Virus record (IMG/VR): IMGVR_UViG_3300022924_000016
Location: 77,324-141,323 of that record
DNA from: a virus
Strand: one strand, 5' to 3'
DNA length: 64,000 nt
The notes under the pieces were generated by a model. It had not been told where the DNA came from and did not search any database. It saw only the letters and a list, made by a program, of their open reading frames with translations. Below are positions 58,482-64,000 of this stretch, one piece after another. Each line of letters begins with the position of its first letter. The first letter of the stretch is position 1. The translations under genes were made by a program, and so were the position numbers.

Positions 58482-59494
58482 TAGTTCCAATTTTCATTTT
58501 GTATTTCAGGAATTTCTGCTTCTTCATCCCAGGCACTCATAATCAAGAATCCTCCCTCAACTTCTAAACAGGCAATCGGGTCTAAAACCTCTCTATTGTT
58601 TTTATTTACTTCTTCTACCTGCTTATTATTGAACTCAAACATACGAGTTTCAGGATTCATTACAACCGCAAATATTTCTACAATCGTTGTCTCTTCCCTC
58701 CAATTTTCTTTACGGAGTTTTAATTTGGGTATTTCAAAATGACTTTCGGGTGCAACCATTTTAAAGTTAGACACGGTAAAACTAGCCAATCTATCTATCG
58801 AATCTCTACTACTAATGTGAATATGAAACTTGTCAAAGTCACCAAAAGCTTCTTCCAATTTATTTCTCTGCACAAAATCATAACGAGTCGATCTACCAAA
58901 TGCACTTGAAGAAGTAGTTTGAATAAAATCAAAAGTCTTCTCAGTCTCTTTAATCTCTTTTTGAAACCCTTTGATAATTTCTAAGTTTTCTTGTGGAATT
59001 TCTCTACCATAGAAACACGCATCTGCTAGAACTAAACTATACTTCTTCATTATTTGAATCATCAAATCGCGGGAAACAAATTTATAATGTGGATAACTTA
59101 AAGAGTGTTTAGCAACTAAATCTTTATTGTATTTTGCTCTTGAAATCTTTTCTTGAATTTCTCTGACCATGAGATTATAAGTCTTTTCATTATCTTCCAG
59201 TCTTTGTAATTGTACTCTGACAGAAGGTGTATTCACCAAACCTAGATTTTTTAAATCCTCAATTTTTCTGTAAACTTCCTTGTTAGCTTTCTTATATGAC
59301 TCAATCCTAGCTTTCAAATCATCTATCTGAGATTCTTGGGACAAATCAATATCAAACTGATTTAGAATTACTTCGAAGCTTTCTTGAATATCTTTTTTGA
59401 TATGTTTGGAATCAATTATAATTTCACTTTTTACTTCTAAAACTTCAGTTGGTACATCTTGAATGTGTTCTTTCTTTTTAAATAAATTTAGCAT
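58481..59494 (-). CDS. Conserved Bacteroidota-phage hypothetical protein
   Basis: Coiled coil, then YKFV...KYSLV...IP..NL and DPI....V.GG.LI.SAW.EEA. Confidence 0.65.
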   Translation of the reverse strand: MLNLFKKKEHIQDVPTEVLEVKSEIIIDSKHIKKDIQESFEVILNQFDIDLSQESQIDDLKARIESYKKANKEVYRKIEDLKNLGLVNTPSVRVQLQRLEDNEKTYNLMVREIQEKISRAKYNKDLVAKHSLSYPHYKFVSRDLMIQIMKKYSLVLADACFYGREIPQENLEIIKGFQKEIKETEKTFDFIQTTSSSAFGRSTRYDFVQRNKLEEAFGDFDKFHIHISSRDSIDRLASFTVSNFKMVAPESHFEIPKLKLRKENWREETTIVEIFAVVMNPETRMFEFNNKQVEEVNKNNREVLDPIACLEVEGGFLIMSAWDEEAEIPEIQNENWN

Positions 59495-59976
59495 TGTATT
59501 GTAATTTAAGGTTAATTTCTTTCTATCAAATATTTATCACGGGCACTATAATGGTAAAAAATCTCGTCCGCCGTGAACAGTAATTCGTCATTTTTATACC
59601 AAACTTCTATGAGTTTTGGATTAGATTCATAAACTCTTTGCTTTATATTTTTCTTACACCAACTTAACATTTCATCATCCTCTAAATATTCTTTTAATAT
59701 ATGAGTTGTATTTAAACGCACATCGATTAACCAGAGAGCTACTAGTTGTTTTTCTAAATCCTTGTCCATAATCTTTAAATTAAGCTTAACATATATTCAA
59801 TGTATTGTTTCTCTAAACTTTCTAGCTTATCTTCATATTTTTTAAAAATTATATGGCAGATGTCTTGATAAAACTCTTCAGGTATTGGTAGAGATTCTTT
59901 AGGATCTCTAAATTTTAGAATATTATCTCTGGTGTCATTAATATTGTACAATAACTTACTTACGGCTTTCATTTCT

Positions 59977-60525
59977 TTATCCATACTTCAAATGTCTTAG
60001 TTCTGAGGTTAACTCTCTTATGTATCTATCAGACTCTTTTTCTACAAGCTCTTTATTAGCTAAAGTCTTTTTTAGATTGGAAAGCTCTCGTTTTATTTCC
60101 TTGTAAGTATCCTCAGATTTAAACTGTTGTAGTTCTTTATAGGCGAAATACAATTTATTGAAAAGTTTATCCTTATAAGGCAGTTTGTTTTTATGAAGCA
60201 ATGGTGCTTCTTTTATCTTCTCTAAAGTTCCATACCTGACATAAAATAATCCTGCATAAGAAGGAATTTCTTCTAATTTTATTAAGTTTTCAGGGCAGAC
60301 ATAATAAAAACGGTTTGGCTTATCAAAGCAGTTACTATCTCGTAAGCATAGATGTTTTTCTACTTTTGCAAAATCCTTTTTAAAATCGGCGCGAGAAATC
60401 TTAACTTCGCATTCAATTAAATACTCACTCTTATTTATCACAAGAACATCACACTCCCAATTAAAGAAATAGACATTGTGTATGTTATTGTACTGCTTGA
60501 AATACAGGCTTATAGCTTCATACAT
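59977..60525 (-). CDS. MmcB-like PD-(D/E)xK nuclease
   Basis: WECDVL......IECEVKISRADFKKD...PNRFYYVCP..LI...EIP.YAGL. Confidence 0.75.
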   Translation of the reverse strand: MYEAISLYFKQYNNIHNVYFFNWECDVLVINKSEYLIECEVKISRADFKKDFAKVEKHLCLRDSNCFDKPNRFYYVCPENLIKLEEIPSYAGLFYVRYGTLEKIKEAPLLHKNKLPYKDKLFNKLYFAYKELQQFKSEDTYKEIKRELSNLKKTLANKELVEKESDRYIRELTSELRHLKYG

Positions 60526-60529
60526 AGTC

Positions 60530-60742
60530 CTAGTTAAACTTTTTATTTTTTATTGTATCGTTCCAAACCTTACCTATAAAGTAAATATTACCGTTAATCT
60601 CTTTGGTGTGGAAGTATTCAAAGTCTGGGCAGGAATAAATATTAGAAATTATATTTACATCTCTGGTCATAGATTTATATACCATATAGGATGAGGATAC
60701 AGAAATCGCAAATAATACACTAATTAGAATCTTGTTTGTCAT
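60530..60742 (-). CDS. Small membrane/secreted protein
   Basis: N-terminal hydrophobic helix. Confidence 0.45.
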   Translation of the reverse strand: MTNKILISVLFAISVSSSYMVYKSMTRDVNIISNIYSCPDFEYFHTKEINGNIYFIGKVWNDTIKNKKFN

Positions 60743-60743
60743 T

Positions 60744-60941
60744 TTATTTTTGATTTAATTTGTAAACATAAATTGTATCAACTTTCTTACCGTCTGTTGT
60801 AAGTACTTTTTCGGGCACTATCTTAGTTGTTGATTTGAATTCTTCTGTGGGTTTAGTAAGTGCAAAACCTAATACAGTGAAGATAGTTCCACTAACAATC
60901 CAACCTACTATTAGGCCATTTTCAAATTCTGAGTTTTCCAT
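60744..60941 (-). CDS. Small membrane protein
   Basis: GLIVGWIVSGTIFTVLGFAL; start MENSEF preferred. Confidence 0.5.
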   Translation of the reverse strand: MENSEFENGLIVGWIVSGTIFTVLGFALTKPTEEFKSTTKIVPEKVLTTDGKKVDTIYVYKLNQK

Positions 60942-60943
60942 AA

Positions 60944-61171
60944 TTATTTGTTTTTGGGATTTAAAGACTCTATAAGCAAGTTCACATAGAAACCTAACAT
61001 TATAACCAGACCTAACATAAAGGCTAGGTAGACTGATGTAACACAAAACCCTACTAAATTCTTTCCCGAATGATTAAAGCAGTATTTTACATAATTCCAA
61101 GTAATTGGTAATGAACAAATAGAAATGATTGTAAAAATACCTTTCCATAAATAGTATAATAATTTTCTCAT
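60944..61171 (-). CDS. Small membrane protein
   Basis: Two hydrophobic helices. Confidence 0.5.
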   Translation of the reverse strand: MRKLLYYLWKGIFTIISICSLPITWNYVKYCFNHSGKNLVGFCVTSVYLAFMLGLVIMLGFYVNLLIESLNPKNK

Positions 61172-61232
61172 AATTTTGATTTATTTTTTGTAAATATCGG
61201 GCGAAAAAATTTAAAACAATCACAACAAACTG

Positions 61233-62357
61233 TTAAAAAGGAGGCGCATTATCGTCTTTCTTTTCAAAACTCTGACCAAAAGCATCAAAAGGTTTAACTG
61301 TTGGTAGTGGAGAAGTAGAATTTGTAAATCCTTCAAATACTGGTAGGGAAATTGTTTTGGCCGAACTAATATTAGTAGATGTAGGATTATTATTTAAATT
61401 TTCATCGGGCTTAAAAACTTCTTCTATATATAAATTTCTAAAGTCTTTTAATCCATTTTTTAATCTCACTTTCACATAATGGAAAAATACTAAACCTTGA
61501 GTTTTAAAACTTGAATATTTATTTTGTGGAATTAAGTATTTCTCCAAATAAGCGTATCTCTCTGTATTCACTGCTCCATAAGAATCCAGACCTAGTAAAA
61601 ATGGATTGTGAATGACAATTTGTACATCAGAAGCATGTTCAATCTTAGATGAATAGTAAAAATCACTCGTCTTTGGAAAATGTTCTTTTGGACTCAATCT
61701 TTCTCCTAAATTTCTATTGAGCTGACATAAGATCAAGACAGTTAAGTTTTTAACTTCTCTTTTAAGTTTAATAATATGCGTAATTAATTTCGCAATAGCT
61801 TTAGATTCATCCGAATTTTCCGTGTCTACAAGATTAATGTTATCTATGGTAAGTACTATTTGCTTTTTATCTTGATGTAAGTCTGTAAAAGCTCTCACAT
61901 CTGTATAAAATTCATCGGGTCTATAAGTATCAAAAGTTTCATATATAAAATCCGAATGAAGTTCTTTGTATACTTCGTTAAAAGCTTTACTAGTATCTTC
62001 ATCTGGGGTTTTGTACATTAAATCTCCATAATCTTTACCTGTTTTAGCATGTACTTTTGCTAAAATCATTTCTTCTTTACTCATCTCCCAATCCACCTTC
62101 AATAAAAGAACATTCTTCCTAGATCCTGGATTAAGATGTTCATCAAATATGTCGGTTTCTATCTGTCTTAAAATATGACTTTTTCCAAATGACGATAATG
62201 CGCCTAGGCTATAAATTTTCTGCTTTGTTAGCCCACCGTGTGTAATTTCATTCAAATGGCTAAACCTAGTCTTTATTGGTGAATACTTTCCTGATTGACC
62301 CTCTTTAATCCTATTATAACTTTCTTGTGTGGTTTCTTTAGAACTTCTAATTGCCAT
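61233..62357 (-). CDS. DnaB-like (SF4) replicative helicase
   Basis: Walker A ALSSFGKS, Walker B LTIDNINL, LCQLNR, SDFYYS..IEHASD, VKVR. Confidence 0.85.
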   Translation of the reverse strand: MAIRSSKETTQESYNRIKEGQSGKYSPIKTRFSHLNEITHGGLTKQKIYSLGALSSFGKSHILRQIETDIFDEHLNPGSRKNVLLLKVDWEMSKEEMILAKVHAKTGKDYGDLMYKTPDEDTSKAFNEVYKELHSDFIYETFDTYRPDEFYTDVRAFTDLHQDKKQIVLTIDNINLVDTENSDESKAIAKLITHIIKLKREVKNLTVLILCQLNRNLGERLSPKEHFPKTSDFYYSSKIEHASDVQIVIHNPFLLGLDSYGAVNTERYAYLEKYLIPQNKYSSFKTQGLVFFHYVKVRLKNGLKDFRNLYIEEVFKPDENLNNNPTSTNISSAKTISLPVFEGFTNSTSPLPTVKPFDAFGQSFEKKDDNAPPF

Positions 62358-62366
62358 ATTGAGTAA

Positions 62367-62435
62367 TTAATCTGTTATTTCTACTTGGTAAGCGTACATT
62401 GCTTGGTAAACTTTTTCGGAAATCTGTCCCCGCCA
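62367..62435 (-). pseudogene. 3'-terminal remnant of an HNH/AP2-type endonuclease
   Basis: Translates as WRGQISEKVYQAMYAYQVEITD*, matching WKDLIDPRVYEALYNYRVEITD* of 22569-23327. Confidence 0.75.
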
Positions 62436-62555
62436 AATTAACTTTTTCCAAGATTGCCTGTATGGCAAGTTCTCTTGTTATATTGTAAGTTGTCTTAATT
62501 CCCATTTATTTATCTTTTTTCGCAAAATTTACAATCTCGTCAATCAATTCCTCAT

Positions 62556-62945
62556 TTAGATATTCCGTAGTCTTGGCATTACCTCTCCTAAATCTATAAA
62601 AATTTCGCCTCTTTTTAAAATATACCCAAATTTATCTACGTCTTCAATTTCAAAACCTTCAAATAAAACATCTGATTTTGCTTCATTGAAAAGATACATT
62701 TCTTCTTTAAAATCAAAGTTTGTTGAGAAGAATTCTCTTTTAGGTTCTTCTAAAAAATTTCCTTTTTCATCACACGGCACGAATTGCGAAAGCTTTAAAG
62801 GCTGTGATAGGAATTTAGCGTAGTTGTGAATTCTATCGATTAAATCTGTGTTAGCAGAATCTTGATCTACATAACATTTATCAAAATGATGATTTGTTTG
62901 CTCCAATACGTAATCCAAAAGCGGAATTAGTTTTTGTGTTTTCAT
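62556..62945 (-). CDS. Conserved Bacteroidota-phage hypothetical protein
   Basis: YAKFL.QPLKL.QFVPCDE.GN.LEEP...VLFEGF. Confidence 0.65.
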   Translation of the reverse strand: MKTQKLIPLLDYVLEQTNHHFDKCYVDQDSANTDLIDRIHNYAKFLSQPLKLSQFVPCDEKGNFLEEPKREFFSTNFDFKEEMYLFNEAKSDVLFEGFEIEDVDKFGYILKRGEIFIDLGEVMPRLRNI

Positions 62946-62961
62946 TTGTTTAGTTTAAGTG

Positions 62962-63483
62962 TTAAATTTTTGATTTATCGATTGCCAAACCTGCATTAGG
63001 GTAAGACCTACCGCTTTTTATATTTGATATTATTTGCTCTGAAACATTGTATTTTTTGGCAATATCTCTTTGCTTTATTTTATTAGATATAAGAATTCTT
63101 ATTTCAAAAACTTGTTCGTCGGTTAGGGACGAATTATAGCAATCTTTAAAAGTTTTACTCATAAATCCGTTTTTATAAGCGTGGTTTATATTTTCTGATT
63201 GACTACACCATTCTAAATTACAAACTTTATTATTGGACTTATTTCCATCTTTATGATTAACCTGTGGTTTGTTTTCTGGGTTAGGAATGAATGCCGTAGC
63301 TACAACTCTATGCACCAAAAGGTCTTTTCTTTTGCCTTTATGATACATATAGCAAATCTTATATCCTTTAACGTCTCCGTAAGAAATAACGTTTTTGTGC
63401 ATTCTTTTAGTAGAAAATATTACGCCCAAATCATTAACCAAATAATCCAAAATTTCTCCATTAACTTTTACAACTTTTTCCAT
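62962..63483 (-). CDS. HNH endonuclease with C-terminal HTH
   Basis: VHRVVA.AFIPNPENKPQVNHKDGNK.NN...NLEW....EN..HA; QRDIAKKYNVS..IISNIK. Confidence 0.9.
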   Translation of the reverse strand: MEKVVKVNGEILDYLVNDLGVIFSTKRMHKNVISYGDVKGYKICYMYHKGKRKDLLVHRVVATAFIPNPENKPQVNHKDGNKSNNKVCNLEWCSQSENINHAYKNGFMSKTFKDCYNSSLTDEQVFEIRILISNKIKQRDIAKKYNVSEQIISNIKSGRSYPNAGLAIDKSKI

Positions 63484-63493
63484 ATTTTTTTAA

Positions 63494-63501
63494 CAAATAT
63501 A
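63494..63501 (-). promoter_or_regulatory. -7 promoter element for the HNH gene
   Basis: TATATTTG on the minus strand, 10 nt before the ATG. Confidence 0.6.
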
Positions 63502-63582
63502 CGAATACTTTTAGTATATATTGGTGGTGTGTATCGTTTATTTTTACCCCGCTATTTCTTTAAGTGTGATCGATTCCATTTT

Positions 63583-63969
63583 TTAGTCGTTTTTAATATT
63601 ATATTTTTCTTGGTGTTCTAAACTTAAATAACATGCATAGTCATCAGCCCCACTGTCATCTAAAACATTCCTTGCTGATAAGTAAGGAATTGTAGAACCA
63701 TCCCCACTCAAGCAGGCATTGAAATCTATATTCTGATAATTTGCGGCCTCTTCAGTATAGGCTATCAAAACATCGGATTTTCCGTAAAATCTTAAACCCG
63801 TTTTTTTAGCATTTTTCATGGCAGATTCAACCTTTTTAAATGCTTTTTCCTGTTCATGTGTTGGATTGTGATTTTTTTTAGGCTCTAAAGAATCACCTTG
63901 CATATTAACCTTTTCGCCTTTTTGGTTTGTCCAACCGCTATAACTTCCATCTGGTAAATAATCTCCCAT
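63583..63969 (-). CDS. Hypothetical protein
   Basis: ORF with DSGADD motif. Confidence 0.55.
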   Translation of the reverse strand: MGDYLPDGSYSGWTNQKGEKVNMQGDSLEPKKNHNPTHEQEKAFKKVESAMKNAKKTGLRFYGKSDVLIAYTEEAANYQNIDFNACLSGDGSTIPYLSARNVLDDSGADDYACYLSLEHQEKYNIKND

Positions 63970-64000
63970 TTTACTTTTGTTTTAAATTTTTAATTTTTCT

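Noticed and set aside
63484-63582. Fourth kissing-loop leader before the minus-strand HNH gene
   Set aside because: The -7 element is only 10 nt from the ATG, leaving no room for hairpins
1-64000. Stop-codon reassignment (as in some crAss-like phages)
   Set aside because: Long genes are intact in code 11, and TAG/TGA end genes at natural boundaries
1-64000. CRISPR array, tRNA or rRNA genes, integrase
   Set aside because: No regularly spaced direct repeats, cloverleaf/T-loop signatures or recombinase motifs seen by eye; a tRNAscan-SE run would be needed to be certain

Overview
This is a 64 kb AT-rich, densely coding segment of a probably lytic dsDNA phage of Bacteroidota, most likely Flavobacterium. 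The host call rests on many TAnnTTTG/TTTG sigma-70 promoters, A-rich start contexts without Shine-Dalgarno sites, and a Flavobacterium-type T9SS cargo gene. 1-23.3 kb (+): end of a tail gene, then a podovirus-style operon of very large internal/ejection proteins (lytic transglycosylase, GNAT and degenerate zincin domains), interrupted by a C5-cytosine methyltransferase and followed by an HNH-like endonuclease. 23.6-56.3 kb (+): early/middle region of small ORFs with a T9SS-sorted protein, family A DNA polymerase, VirE-N-type primase-like protein, MazG-like protein, second methyltransferase, T5 A1 homologue, Rnl2-type RNA ligase, MazF/PemK-like protein and three free-standing endonucleases. 56.4-64 kb (-): SLOG protein, MmcB-like nuclease, DnaB-like helicase and an HNH endonuclease. 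The most striking signals are: (i) three unrelated endonuclease genes, each preceded by a sequence-divergent leader with two hairpins whose loops are complementary (kissing-loop RNA); (ii) a phage-encoded T9SS substrate; (iii) complementary terminal cysteines on consecutive ejection proteins; (iv) a repeated x[QE]xGG peptide motif; (v) a recurring A/T-tract-CGCG-like core-A-tract DNA motif. All calls come from reading motifs by eye; no database searches or folding programs were run.
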